DNA of 64,000 nt from Sporopachydermia quercuum (Eukaryota): positions 496,001 to 560,000 of the forward strand of contig BCGN01000005.1 of NCBI GenBank assembly GCA_001599295.1, given 5' to 3'. Positions 10,927-24,077 of the stretch are shown here, one piece after another; position 1 is the stretch's first letter, and each line of letters begins with the position of its first letter. The position numbers and the translations under genes are program-made. The notes beneath the pieces are model-generated. The model saw nothing but the letters and a program-made list of their open reading frames with translations, searched no databases and had not been told where the DNA came from.

Positions 10927-12634
10927 TTACATTTGGTTTCTATCAGCAGTTCTTGGCTTTGCTCGAATGATATTATCAACTCTAAGTAGAACTTCAGCAG
11001 CTTCAGTAGCAGAGTTGACCACAGCACGTTTCAATTTGTAACTCTCAACGACACCTCTTTCACGCATATCAGCAATTTCACCCTTGTCAAGATCTAAACC
11101 TGATGTAGACATGCCGTTGTAAATAGACGAACGAAGCTTAGTTACCAATTCACTAGAATCAAAACCAGCGTTATTAGCTAAAATAGTAGGAAGTTTTCTC
11201 AGAGCGACAGCAAATGATTCAATAGCTAAAGATTTCTTTCCTGAGCTATTTTGAGCAGCAACATCTACAGCTTTCGACATAACCATTTCAGAGCATCCGC
11301 CTCCTAACACAGTTCTGGTTTCGACAACAGTTTGAGATAAGACGGAAAGGGCGTCATGAAGGGCTCTTTCAGATTCAGCCAAAATTTGATCAGTGGCACC
11401 TCTCAAAACAATAGTACATGCTTCTCCAGCTTTAACACCCGTGAACTTAGTCATCACTTTCTCACCAATAATAAATTCTTCTATACTATCAGCATATCCT
11501 AACTTAACTAATTCAGGATTGTCAAATGTAGAAGCAACTTCAGCACCGGTAACAAGAGCAAGTCTTTCAACACCCTCAAAATCAGCATGCTCGATAGAGT
11601 TTATATTCGAATCTGTGAATAATTGTTCAGGCCAATCGTAGATAAGTTGCCTGTTGACGAAACAGTTAATACCAAAACTTTTGATCTTTTCTACTTTTGC
11701 TTTCATTTTTTCTTTCTCAGCTTTCTCTAGAGCTGCTAACTTGGATGTAGCATCAACTTTGAANTTAGCTCCAAAGATCTTTACTTTGTCAGTGTCCATA
11801 GGCGTATTTGCAACAAGAATTTTTGCATTGATGATCTTCTTTGGTTGATTAACACCAAATCGTTTGTCTAAAATGAAACCTTCGTCTAAATATGAATCAG
11901 AAATCTTACCACCAGTAATTTTTAAAACCTGAATATGCTCTAGATTTGTAGAACCTTTTAATCGTAAAACAGCATCGACAGCAAGCTCAGCAAAATGATC
12001 CTTGTCTTGAGACAACACTTTAGAACTCAAAGTAGTCTTTGCAATATTTATCAAATCCTCTCTAAACTTTTCTTTATCTGCAGAATTATCTACAGCAGCC
12101 TTTTCCAATGCTTCAAGAGCACTGGCCGCAGCAATTCTGTAACCTTCAATAATAGTTTGGGGGTGAATTTTATCATCAATCAAATGTTCAGCTTCACGAA
12201 GTAATTCGGCTGCAAGAACTGTGACTGATGTTGTACCATCACCAACTTCATCATCCTGAACTTTACTTAAATTCACTAAAACTTTGGCAGCGGGGTTATC
12301 TAAAGGAATCGATTTCAAAATTGTTGCACCGTCATTTGTGACTGTTGCATCTCCTGTCGAAACTGATGTCAATAACTTGTCCATGCCTTTAGGACCTAAT
12401 GTAGATTTCACTAGATCACCAACGGCGATTGCCCCTATAAAAGCCGACAATCGAGCATTTTCTGCTCTTTCCTCTGTGACCTGATCACTAAAAATATTGA
12501 CAGACTATAATCTTGAGTTAGGATTCGTCTATATAATCAAAGATTATTGTTATAGCACCCATGTAACTATCCTATGCATCCAGTAGGATTAAGCATGAAT
12601 AATCAATAACGCCTAATTAAAAACCACATACCAT
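10927..12634 (-). CDS. CCT2: Chaperonin CCT/TRiC beta subunit; exon 1 = ATG only (12632-12634), intron 12505-12631, exon 2 10927-12504; 526 aa
   Basis: [21 protein letters not shown] and [12 protein letters not shown] motifs. ATG|GTATGT donor, TCCTAAC branch (12517-12523) and TAG acceptor restore the conserved start [25 protein letters not shown]. The ORF-track start is an internal TTG. Confidence 0.95.
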
Positions 12635-14565
12635 TATTGATAGTTTCAATTGAACTAATAAATAAACAACTCCGCTTATCCCTTAGTGCTCTGCTTAGAT
12701 ACTCTGTAATGCATTCATATTAGTTGGAGAATAGCACAAAATGTATATGATCAGTTTTGCCTCTGTTCTCATCATGTTTTTTCACTTCTTTTTATTAACC
12801 AGGTGTACATTCAGTTGATGAACACGAAAAAATTTCGATCTTTATGGTCACTGGTTATAGGACAGTTTTCTTGAAGTAGGGTCTGATTCCAATAAGGGAC
12901 CGTAGGAACCAAAGAAGAATGGGTTTATATATTTGAAGAACTAACTGTAAAGATATATAGATGGAGACATGAAGTCTCTTCCAATTTTTCCCGACCTTTC
13001 GGAATAAATTGGAGCATGCTGAGGCAAAACCTGTGGCATTTGGGTGAATTATAACTTTAAAGTAAGATGGATATTTCTATGCAATGAGATGAATGAATAG
13101 TTGGAGAATGGATGAATAATTCGTATANTAGGATTGAGTATTGATGGTGAATGTCAGTGTTGAGATGTTAGTGGAATTATCAATTACTTTTGGTTATATC
13201 CTTATTTCAATTTTATTTTAGTGGGCATCAAATCTGGTTAGCTAGGCAGTCGCAGATCTGTTTTATCTCATCCCCACATTTTGGAATGATGGATAAACGG
13301 AAAAACCGATGAAGAGGATAACGACATTGTAAGACTTCCTAAACCTGTTCAAGCTTGCATAGCTAATCGTATCAACTATAATAAGGATGGTCTTATTTAT
13401 TCCTATAAGGTTTTACATACACAATATAACTCAAACAAAAATGATAGAGATTGTGATTGCAGTTACTTTTGAGTACTCTTTCTATTCCCAAGACCTCTCA
13501 TAATAAAGACGGCTTGTACCTTTACTGCGGAATATGTATTTGTTCAACAACCAAGTAATAACCATTCTCCTTATATGCACCGTAGTAAGATCCCAATTAG
13601 CTGACTATTATCAAAGTATAGCGCTCTAAATTATATTCATCATCTTAACTTTTACATAATATTCTTTCATTCTTACTGCTTTATCTATGTTGCTACATGA
13701 ATGACCTTTGCACAGGAAATAAAATAGTCATACTATATTATGACTTCCACCAATAAGTATTATTATTAAAAGGCACTTGTCATGTTGCAAATTCTTCTTT
13801 CATCAAGATATATCACTCTCTTTCTTCAGATCAACAAAGTTTCTTGGTAATAATTATATAGATAATGAAACATCCTATTATGGCGATTCCTAACAGAAGT
13901 TTTTTTCTTAGCGATTTAGGATTGTATGTTCTTCCCCAATCAGTATTCCTTAAATTATGGTGACCATACAGTTGAAACAATCATTAGAATAATAAATTAA
14001 AAGCGTTATGATGAAAATTATAATACCTTGATAAATAAAAAGATAGGAATTGAATATAGCAAATAAAACGGTACATTCAAAAGGTTTTACTCAAAGGCAA
14101 AATAATTATCATTGTTTTCGCTTTGATTTGTCAAATATAGGATAGAGACAGTTAAAGGATATACGATGGTCAAACATTGTCAAGTCTAGATATAAATAAA
14201 AGAACAAGTGAACATTAAACAACAATAAGCGTTATTTTGAGTTGATCTAACTGACTACTGAAATAAGNGTTCCAGGGTTATGATTCATTAGCTATCAGAA
14301 CACGAAGAACGAGAGTTTTAAAATAATTTGTAACTGTCTTGTGTTGAATATTGGGGTTGGGTTACGGTATAGTTTTATGGCCGGGAGTCTACATCCACCA
14401 GTATTGGGATATCAGGGAGTATTTGATGGGATTATATTATAAGTAATAATTAATGAGAGTTTTGAAATTTCAAACGTTTTCACCAAATCAACCATCATTC
14501 AGAATTACAAGCATTATTGTTCATTAGCATAGAGTACACACAGCCTGCGACAATACACCTTCAGC

Positions 14566-16287
14566 ATGACAAAACAAGATGAATTTACATTGGCGACTGA
14601 GCCAGCTGTGAAATCAGCAGAGAATCCACCCACTACAGAAGATCTAGAAAAAGAAACAAAACTAAGGCGAACGCATAGGAAAGCTAAGGAAGTAATCAAA
14701 ACTTCCTGGTCACGAATTTCATTTGCCCTACCCCCAATTCAGAAGAAGGAAACAGCATCAGATAGGGATCGCCGTATCAAACAACTATTCAAAGTTCTAG
14801 ATGTAAATGGGAATGGTAGGTTAGATCTAGCATCATTGCTTCAGGCATTTAAAGCTATCAATCATCCATTTCAGAATTCCCCAGAAGCAGTGAAAGAAAT
14901 TTTCTTGATATTGGATTCTAATAACGATAATATCATTGAGTTTAGNGAGTTTAAAACATTTGTCGAAGAAACTGAAGGTCATCTTAGAAAGGTCTTTCAA
15001 AGTATAGATGTGGATAAAGATGGAGAGCTACAAAAATCAGATATCAAACGAGCGTTACTTAAGGTTGGCATTGATGCTTCAGAGGCAAACGTTGATCAGT
15101 TTTTTGCGTATATGGACAAAAAGAATGATGGGAAAATCACCTTTGATGAGTTTGTTGATTTTCTTTTATTCATTCCAATTGATTTGGATTTATCAATTTC
15201 TCTGACAATCAGAGCAGCATATAAGTTTTTCATTGACGATTTAGATTTGAATCCGGATGGTGATGTTACATTTACCTCGGAAGGTTCTCACGGAGTTGGC
15301 TACTTTTTAGCTGGTGGTCTAAGTGGAGTGGTATCGCGTACATGTACTGCACCATTTGATCGATTGAAAGTTTTCTTGATAGCTAGGACAGATTTGGTCC
15401 CTAAGGGTACCAAGATTCAAAAGAAGACAGTTTTACCCGGCGTAAAAACAATCACATCTCATAAAGTAGAGCAAACAGTTGTCTCGGTCACCAAAAGAGC
15501 TAGAAGTCCTTTATTTGAAGCTGCTAAAACTTTGTGGCGTCAAGGAGGTATTCGAGCATTTTATGTTGGTAACGGTTTAAATGCTATGAAAGTGTTCCCT
15601 GAATCCGCTATTAAGTTTGGTTCATTTGAAGCATCCAAAAGGTTTTTTGCACGTTTGGAAGGAGTTAATGATGCAAGTGAGCTTTCTCAAGTATCTACTT
15701 TTCTTTCTGGTGGTTTTGCTGGTGTGGTGGCCCAGTTCGTGGTTTATCCTATTGACACAGTGAAGTTCAGAGTTCAGTGCGAGTCATTATCATCACCACA
15801 CAAAGGTAATGCTCTTCTAATCCACACGATAAAGTCGATATATGCAAAGCAAGGACTATATGGTTATTATAGAGGTATTCTAGTTGGTGTCGGTGGTATA
15901 TTTCCATATGCTGCTCTGGATCTGGGTACTTTTACTGCTCTCAAGCGTTGGTACATTGCCAGATCGGCAATTGAACAAGAATGCTACGAGTCAGAAGTGA
16001 AGATGGGAAACCTCCAGGTTCTGAGTATGGGTGCATTAAGTGGATGTGTAGGTGCTACTATGGTTTACCCAGTTAACCTATTAAGAACAAGACTGCAAGC
16101 TCAAGGAACTGCTGCCCATCCTTATACGTATACGGGCTTTAATGATGTTCTTAGACAGACAATCAAACGTGAAGGCTACAAAGGTTTATTCAAAGGTTTG
16201 GTACCCAATTTGGCGAAAGTTGCACCCGCTGTTAGTATAAGCTATCTTACGTACGAAAACTTGAAGCGATGGATGGGGTTAGAGTAA
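14566..16287 (+). CDS. SAL1: Ca2+-binding mitochondrial ATP-Mg/Pi carrier (SCaMC)
   Basis: N-terminal EF hands (DVNGNGRLD, DSNNDNIIE, DVDKDGEL, DKKNDGKIT) plus three carrier repeats (APFDRLKV, YPIDTVKFR, YPVNLLRTRLQ). Confidence 0.95.
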   Translation: MTKQDEFTLATEPAVKSAENPPTTEDLEKETKLRRTHRKAKEVIKTSWSRISFALPPIQKKETASDRDRRIKQLFKVLDVNGNGRLDLASLLQAFKAINHPFQNSPEAVKEIFLILDSNNDNIIEFXEFKTFVEETEGHLRKVFQSIDVDKDGELQKSDIKRALLKVGIDASEANVDQFFAYMDKKNDGKITFDEFVDFLLFIPIDLDLSISLTIRAAYKFFIDDLDLNPDGDVTFTSEGSHGVGYFLAGGLSGVVSRTCTAPFDRLKVFLIARTDLVPKGTKIQKKTVLPGVKTITSHKVEQTVVSVTKRARSPLFEAAKTLWRQGGIRAFYVGNGLNAMKVFPESAIKFGSFEASKRFFARLEGVNDASELSQVSTFLSGGFAGVVAQFVVYPIDTVKFRVQCESLSSPHKGNALLIHTIKSIYAKQGLYGYYRGILVGVGGIFPYAALDLGTFTALKRWYIARSAIEQECYESEVKMGNLQVLSMGALSGCVGATMVYPVNLLRTRLQAQGTAAHPYTYTGFNDVLRQTIKREGYKGLFKGLVPNLAKVAPAVSISYLTYENLKRWMGLE

Positions 16288-16557
16288 TGGTTATTAACAA
16301 TATAGGATGCTGAGTATAATAATATACTAATTCTTATCACTTTTTACCTGAAGATGTAGAAAACATATATCTAGAATCCCATCAAAAAAGAAAAAATATC
16401 TACGTGGATAGAACCAGTGAATACATAAGTATAAAACTAATAAACCAGAATAGCAATTTCCAAGGATTATATGTAAAAAATAATATGAGTACAAGATCAA
16501 TTGATCGTCACAATAAACATTACGTCAACTACATCCAAGGTCCTCTTCATTGTTTAT

Positions 16558-17307
16558 TTAATCTGACTTTTCAGCCAAAACTTCAGAGATCATTTCATTA
16601 GTGGTGGTTTCGGATTTCTCAACACCTGATGAAACTGCTTCAGCAACAGATGAAGCTGCACCAGAAGAAGTATTGGGCTTAGCAACAAATCTTTGTTTCA
16701 AAGAAGAAGGAATCTTGTCTTCCAAATTCTTCAAGTGAGGAGCAGCAACTTCAGATACCTTTTCCTTAGCTTGAGTAGCTTTTTCCTTACCAACCTTAAC
16801 TACAGTGTCAATGGTTTCATCAATGACAGGGTAGAATTTAAGATAAATAGGTGGAACAACAAAGGCCAATACAAAGTATGTGGTGATAAGAGTGGAAATA
16901 CTCAACAAGCTAGTTAATTTGTGTAAGAAGTATGAAATACCTGCAGCAGTTGTTGTCTTCTTGATATCTTCAGCATAAGCTAACTTTTGAATGGACAAGA
17001 TTGACTTGTCTAAACAGGAAGCTAATTTGGTGACAGCTTTATCAATGCTTTCCTTCGACAAGGAGTAATATTTGGGGTGATACTGTGTAACAAAACCACC
17101 TTTAGATCCATTCAATTTCGAACCAACAAATTCAATGGAAGAAGACAAAGCCAATGCCACGAAGGCAACAAAAAAGAATGTTGCTGCCAAGTTAACATTC
17201 TTCAAGATATACAACAATGTGAATCCACCAACGAAAACNTTGCCAGTGGCAACAGGATTCTTCCAGGTGAGCAATTCTGGAAAGTTGTTGAACTTGGGAG
17301 AACTCAT
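16558..17307 (-). CDS. RTN1: Reticulon ER-shaping protein
   Basis: LLTWKNPVATG start of the reticulon domain and two long hydrophobic hairpins. Confidence 0.88.
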   Translation of the reverse strand: MSSPKFNNFPELLTWKNPVATGXVFVGGFTLLYILKNVNLAATFFFVAFVALALSSSIEFVGSKLNGSKGGFVTQYHPKYYSLSKESIDKAVTKLASCLDKSILSIQKLAYAEDIKKTTTAAGISYFLHKLTSLLSISTLITTYFVLAFVVPPIYLKFYPVIDETIDTVVKVGKEKATQAKEKVSEVAAPHLKNLEDKIPSSLKQRFVAKPNTSSGAASSVAEAVSSGVEKSETTTNEMISEVLAEKSD

Positions 17308-20258
17308 CGTTAAATATTATTTTGTTCTTTGTGTGACAAATAAAAGTTNAGTTAATGCAACTAAACTGTTAATGATTGTTAGTTGTTGAATCCAAAATTA
17401 TTGAATTCCAAACAAATTAGTTTCGAAATGATAAAAAGTTGCTCGATAAAAAGTGATATGTTGAGATATCGGTAAAGATTGTTGATTTAACTGATTGATA
17501 TAGATGTAACCAACAAAACTTTTTCGTTTGATACTTGGATTAATCAATGATCTCAATATTTCTCAGTGTTCAACAGATTTAACTACTTGTCAATCTATCT
17601 ATCTTTCTTACTATATATAGCTAATCAACTCAATATATAGATACTTTCTTATTATCAATTGTTCTGTTTGTTACAATTAATCCGAATAATCCTTCTCTTA
17701 TAAAAATAAATATTGAACTAAAAAGAAAGAGAAAAACAGGCAAATACTCATGAGACAAAAAAAGAACCGGATTGGATACCTGAGAAAATTTCCCTTGTGA
17801 CAATCACAAAGTAATTACACCATAATGTGAGAATGGCCGCAAGATTTATTTGATTACGAAATCAAAAGAAAATGAACGTGCAAATGGACAATAAGTTTGA
17901 TTAGTAAAACAAAGGACAAAGATAAGAGACGTGCATGATATTTATGGAGAGCTGATGATATTTATTTAACACATTAGTGTTAAATAAATAGATTTGAAAG
18001 ATTATACATATTTACAGGTTTTCCTGGTTTATGAAAATGATTTAAGTATGAACAATAAGTAGTCAAATTTCCAAATGAGGTTGTCTGTCAATAAGCTGTG
18101 CGAACGGGCTAAAATAGTGAGTAAACTGGCAATCGGTTGCGTAATTGTCTGCATGGAACTATAACTATATTTGAGGGGACGATTGAACGATTGGTTCAGT
18201 AACAGTTGAGTGGATGGAGAGAAGTAGCCTCTTAGGAGGTAAGTAAAACATATATGTACTGGGCTAAACTATTTTTAATTGAAGAGAGAAGAAAAGATAA
18301 TATGGTATCTTGATTTAAAGTACGAAATGATGGATGGCTGCTGAGTCATAAAATTGGGTTGAGAACTGACAGCGAGGTAAGGCTTGAGTAGTTATTGGAA
18401 AATTTATTTCAGTCAATTAAGCATCAGCTATATCAATTATTACGAATCATGGAAGTATATAAACTGTGCTATAATCTTCCACTTTAATGCATCTTCAGAT
18501 TACCAGTCACAGTTTCGAACAACCAGGCCCGCTGTCGTCATGTGTATCATTGAAGTTTGTTCATAACATACGAGTTGAGAATTCATTTTTTACTAGATGA
18601 TCTGCGAGCTATTATTATTATTATTATTGGCTGTCCCACAGCAGGCCATTCCGTCTAAGCCCATTACTTCATTAGAATCTGAATATCTAATGATGGTTGT
18701 TTCACCAGACCTACTTCTTTGACACCACAAGGATCTTGCGAACTCTTGTAAGCAGCTTATCGTTATCTTCTTCATGGATTGCAGAACTATTTTGATTACA
18801 TAATCGACGAAAGCAAAGCCTTTGGGCCCGACTATTAAAGTTTTTTCTCTTCTAGATTGGATGGGACAAGAGAGATACAATTAATATTTCGTAGAAGTAT
18901 GGGATGTAGGGGTTGGAGATCTGAAGTGCAAAAATAGTATTACATTAAGTAGTCAATGGAATTCTAATGATGCAGGAAAATAAATTCCAATATTTTGGGC
19001 ATTATTAATTTATTAATGTACTGAGATAATAATTAGATAATCTATTAAGGCTGTTCGATGTGTAGTTGAACGGACAGCAACCTGCTGTGTTGCTTGATGG
19101 ATCACTATTGTTTTGAGATATTAAGGAGTTGTAAAGTTACCAATCACTACATATTAATCTACAACGAAATTTGAAATTTGATTATTAATTATTAGAAGCC
19201 ATCTTACTCTTTTCTTAGATTGTACGTAAAATATCAAGAATATCAGAAAGAAGGAGATAAAATTTTTTAAGCTGTCCTGATAAGTCCCATTATATGATTA
19301 ATGATTTGTCACATTGGTGACTATAGGTATAACAATTGAGTTTTGTCCCGATTTAGAGTCTCTTCTAGACTTCGAACTTTTGAAACAAATGCATAGGTAA
19401 TATGACCAGTTATTCCAGTTTAAAATGAGGGTATCATAATTTTGAAATGTTTTTCCTTCTTTTCTAATTTATCTATAGTTTCATTATTGACTGAAATGTT
19501 TACTTCAAGGTTATTATAATTATTTCTGACACATTCCTCTATTCTCTTGAGTATGACATGATTGTGCATTAATCTCTGAGAATGCCAGAGATTAGGTTGC
19601 AATGAAAGTTAGTAATTTGGTGAAAGCTTAACTTAGTAGTGAACATTTACGTTGTCTTTTCATAACAACCTAGTTTAGGCTAAAATGGGCTTCAAAACCT
19701 TATTAGCGCTTGAAACAATGCATTACTTTCNAAGATCCAACGAAGAACAACTAGGTTATCAATTATTTATTTTTACCACTACATTAGGAACAATTTGATT
19801 TCTTTTCTCTTCGAAACAAAACGTTTTGATGTAGTCATGACTTTCCGAAAGTATTAAGGAGTGCTTTCCACCCCGTACATGAAGAGTAAACACGTGCTGA
19901 CAGCAAAACGTTATCAGCTTACCAGTTGAATATGTATGCTGAAGATCATTCATACTAATATACAATAGACTTATAATTGTTCAATTTTCAAAACCATATA
20001 AAATTCTCTCCCATGAAAAGCTTATACACGAAACATATCCCTATACTAAAACCAGCAAAATGAAACCTTATACACAAAATATATCCCCATACTAAAACTA
20101 ACCAAGAACAAGAAAACGTACCTAAACATTTATAACTAAAATCATTCACAATCGACAAAGTAGTTTTGATAATCAACTATAACCATACCCACCAGTCGTA
20201 TACAGGAAACGGAAAGAAAGATCGAAATATAAGTTGAGTTTTTTCTCGATCAGTCGAC

Positions 20259-21530
20259 CTAGTAGTATCCACATTGATTAGGATATTGGCGGTCAGAAAG
20301 AGGTTGAGGAAATAGACCATATTGAGCCAATAATCTAAAATCCCATTCAATTGAACCCTCAGTTTTATAAGTCCAGAATATCCAGCCTTTATTTAACTCA
20401 GCTGCATCAAGCTGAGCTTCAATATACCTTCTTGTATCACTCTTCTTCTCGTCAGTCCACTGGGTGATATCATTGATGCCTGCACATTGTCCCATATAGT
20501 ATGATCCGGTACCGTCCTTGTAGTAGGAACCATCGTATCTATAACCAATACCAACACCATTTAACCATTTGGTGCAATCTGTCAAAGCCCCACTCCATTC
20601 ACCAACAACGTTCCATAAATCTTCAGTTGAATGAGAATCTGATCCTTGTTGACATGCAAATTGAACATGGTCATCAATACCACGCTCAAGTTCTCCAGAA
20701 GAAAAAATTTGATATCGATGATGATCTAGGACAACACTCCAGTAATCTGGCACCTTCATAAATCCATTAAAATAACCAATTGGCATAAAAGCATCATGAA
20801 TAACTAAAGCTGAATATGATCCAGAGTTACGTAAGACGTCGTAACTATTATAGTAAAACTGCTTAATGAGATCCATATCAAATGCAGGACCTAAGGGTTC
20901 ATTTAAAATTTGAACTCCAGCAACAACATCACTGAATTGATCCGAACCATATTTTGTTGCAACTGTCGCAACCACTTCATTCAATAATGCTGCGTTATCT
21001 CCTTCTTGGAATCCATAGTTATCTCTTAAACCAGAATTGTCAAATCCATTTTGAGATCCAGGGGCACCATGAATATCAACCCAAACTGACAATCCTAATT
21101 GCCTAGCCCATTCAATTGCCTGGTCGAGGTATGCTTCAGCACCTTGAACATAAGGATCATCAGGTTTCAATGCAAAGGCCCAGTAGCCAATTGGAATTCT
21201 TACAAGATTGAGTCCATAATTCTTGATATCAGCCAAATCGCTATATGTGATGAATGTTGACCAATGCTCTTGTAATCTTGCTGCTGCTTCATCTTTACCC
21301 AAATACTGTGTATAATGATATTCATCTAAAGGTGTGTCCGCTTCTTCGCCAAAAGCTTCAAACAATGATGGTGTAATCCATGGTTCAAGAACTAACCAAC
21401 CTCCCAAGTTGACTCCTTTAACAATTTCCGCTTCATAGTCATATGTTCTTTTCATTAACGTTGGACCAGCAATTGTTAATTTCAACTGAACAAGCAAGAT
21501 CAGGAATAAAGTATTGAATTTGAAATTCAT
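20259..21530 (-). CDS. EXG1: Secreted exo-1,3-beta-glucanase (GH5), 423 aa from the ATG at 21530
   Basis: Signal peptide then Kex2 site (MKR|TYDY). GVNLGGWLVLEPWITPSLF, VRIPIGYWAF, HGAPGSQNGFDNSGLR; catalytic NEP and GEWS. The ORF-track start is a non-ATG codon within the upstream repeat. Confidence 0.95.
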   Translation of the reverse strand: MNFKFNTLFLILLVQLKLTIAGPTLMKRTYDYEAEIVKGVNLGGWLVLEPWITPSLFEAFGEEADTPLDEYHYTQYLGKDEAAARLQEHWSTFITYSDLADIKNYGLNLVRIPIGYWAFALKPDDPYVQGAEAYLDQAIEWARQLGLSVWVDIHGAPGSQNGFDNSGLRDNYGFQEGDNAALLNEVVATVATKYGSDQFSDVVAGVQILNEPLGPAFDMDLIKQFYYNSYDVLRNSGSYSALVIHDAFMPIGYFNGFMKVPDYWSVVLDHHRYQIFSSGELERGIDDHVQFACQQGSDSHSTEDLWNVVGEWSGALTDCTKWLNGVGIGYRYDGSYYKDGTGSYYMGQCAGINDITQWTDEKKSDTRRYIEAQLDAAELNKGWIFWTYKTEGSIEWDFRLLAQYGLFPQPLSDRQYPNQCGYY

Positions 21531-21570
21531 TTTGAAAGTTGAATTACAGTCAATGCTAATAAATAATAGA

Positions 21571-21631
21571 ATAATAAACAAGAATAAACAAGAATAAACA
21601 AGAATAAACAAGAATAAACAAGAATAAACAA
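21571..21631. repeat. 10-bp tandem repeat (AGAATAAACA)x5 plus a partial copy just upstream of EXG1
   Basis: Perfect copies at 21581-21630. Confidence 0.9.
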
Positions 21632-24077
21632 CTGACGAAGCAAACGTAGTTCAAGTATTAGATAGCTTCGGTATAATAATGAACTTCACTATAAATAAAC
21701 TAACGAACGAATGCTATAGGAGGAGTTCAACTGACAATCCATAAACAGTTTATAATGAAAAGAATCAAAATAAATATAGGTAAATTAAATGAAAATCATT
21801 ATAGAAATTTATCTGATTTTCTAACATTTCGAAGTCTTTTTCAATTAGGAGAAAGGAAAGATCCACTAGAGAGAATAGTTTAATATATATGATTTCTGAA
21901 ACTTGATCCAAGTTGGTTTTTCAGTTTAAGTTTGAAGGGGATGGCATTTTTTTGTTACTTTGGAGAACTTAAAGTGATTTAAGTTCGTATTGATAAAAGG
22001 TTAAATTGAAAAATACCCCTTTGATGGGTTTGTTCTATTTTAATACTCTACTTTACTTTCGAGTGTCCGAATATCTTACCGTTGTCCTGACATGAAGAGA
22101 CACGCTGTACTGCATGAGTTGTAATGAAGTAGAAACAACAAACATGAATATCAGTTCGAACGACCAGGAAATAGTTTGATATGAAAGAGGACCACTTCAA
22201 GAACTGTAATTATATGAAGAGATGATCACGATATTGATTCGTGACTATATACTTTTTGACTTTTTGCTTTTTAGCTCCGACATATGAGAGCTTCCCCACA
22301 AATCTAAAGACCCATAACCCAACTTTCAAAAGAGTGTTATATTCAAATACCTTAAAAACTAGGTAATTTAACTGTGAGTTGAATAGGTTTTATAACCATG
22401 AGGAATGATATAACAATACTTGGTTTAGTATAAGAGTTACCCGGAAGTATGCTGCTATACGGAATAAAATAATAGTAGTGGGTTAGCTAAATCAGATCTG
22501 TCAATCATAATAAAGAATAGCTCGATAAATTCCTATGCAGAACAACAGCACTGAAAAATAAACAATAAAAATAGCTACAATAATCATAAGAATATGACAA
22601 TGAGTTTGATTGAGCTTTCCAATGGTTTAAAAAGGAAGTTCGTATTTCCGGCTTAATTGTCCCGCCTAATGAAATTACAATTTTTTCAGGAACGTAATAT
22701 AAATAGTTCTCATGTGTATTTTCTATACTGCAAGCATGCTTGAGAAGGATGGGACTAGACAGTTCTGTCGACAAAGGTTTACAGTGTGATTTCAGTCAGC
22801 TTTAAGGAACCGTTTACCTTCCGGACAGCAATGTATGGCTATTTTAATTTGGTACTAATCTGTTTTGGTGCCCACCAAGGTTAAAATTGAATATTATTAA
22901 CTCTCGGATTACGAAGGCAATAAAACAAATAGATTGTTTCATAGATAAACCGTAATAAAGTTGAAACGTAACAACGGTCGATGGAAACAAAGCGTACCTC
23001 CCAATTAATATTGTAATGCTAATTACAAGTAATCTGTAGCTCGTATGAAGCAGAGATTTAACCGTCAGATTGAGACTCATTCAGTATATTTTTGAAAAGT
23101 TGTTGGTATTATACATAGTGGAACAATATTATTAAGCAATCAGAATTTTATTCATGCTTTTCAACTTCAAGAATTTGAAGGCTGGTTGGTAATCTTGGAA
23201 AGCAGTAAAATATCACTAACTCCCAAGATTACCCAATTGTTGGACGAATAATTGGAAGCGTCCCGAAAGATGTGACTTAAATTGAGACGAAATCACATGG
23301 GCATGAACTGTTGATGAATAGCAATATTCCTGAGAAAGAAAAAACAAAGATCAAGCACTCAAATATAATGTGAAGATTTAAACAAACATTTGAGATATTT
23401 TGAGAGTATGTATCGATACCAAGAAATTACTCCCGTCTTAACGAACATAAAGAACAGTACCGTAAGAATATTGTTTTTGTCAGTCATACCTAAAACTTCA
23501 ATACAAATGTCCTCCGAGGCTTATCGTGTCCGCATGCATAAGCAACCATATACGGAAAACAATACCATAGAAAAATATAAGCAAGCTATGAGAAAAGCCA
23601 CTGATTTAATAACAGAGGAATGGTTCTAAATACATATGCTTCCAGAGAAATAAAAAAATAATTGATTGAATTGGAAGTTAAGAACTGAAAATACAGTCAG
23701 TTATATAATTTTGTTTTGCGGAGAGCTAATGGAAAACTAGGTAAGTTATTAATGAGTAAGTGAGCCGGGATTCGCAGTTAGTAGTTACATCCTGGTCTTT
23801 CCCAGATCATCAAATCTATGTAGTTAAGTATTTCTTTCTGAATCATTCATTAATCGTCAGTTTTTCGTTGAACCTCATCAAAATCACACTTTTTTTGATA
23901 TGTAAACAGAATAATCAGTCATCAATGTTTAACTTACTGGTCCCTGCGCCTTATATGTACCAACAACCAAATAATCATTCGAACCTGCAATAATCATAAA
24001 ATGTATTCTCATCGTTGATCAATTACACTACGAGCTCCGTTTCATTCAAGCATTCAAATCATATTCGGATCAACAAG

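Noticed and set aside
17308..18590. Upstream mini-exon (ATG...GTATGT at ~18570) spliced to RTN1
   Set aside because: Candidate acceptors near 17360 are out of frame, and an in-frame TAA lies four codons before the RTN1 ATG.
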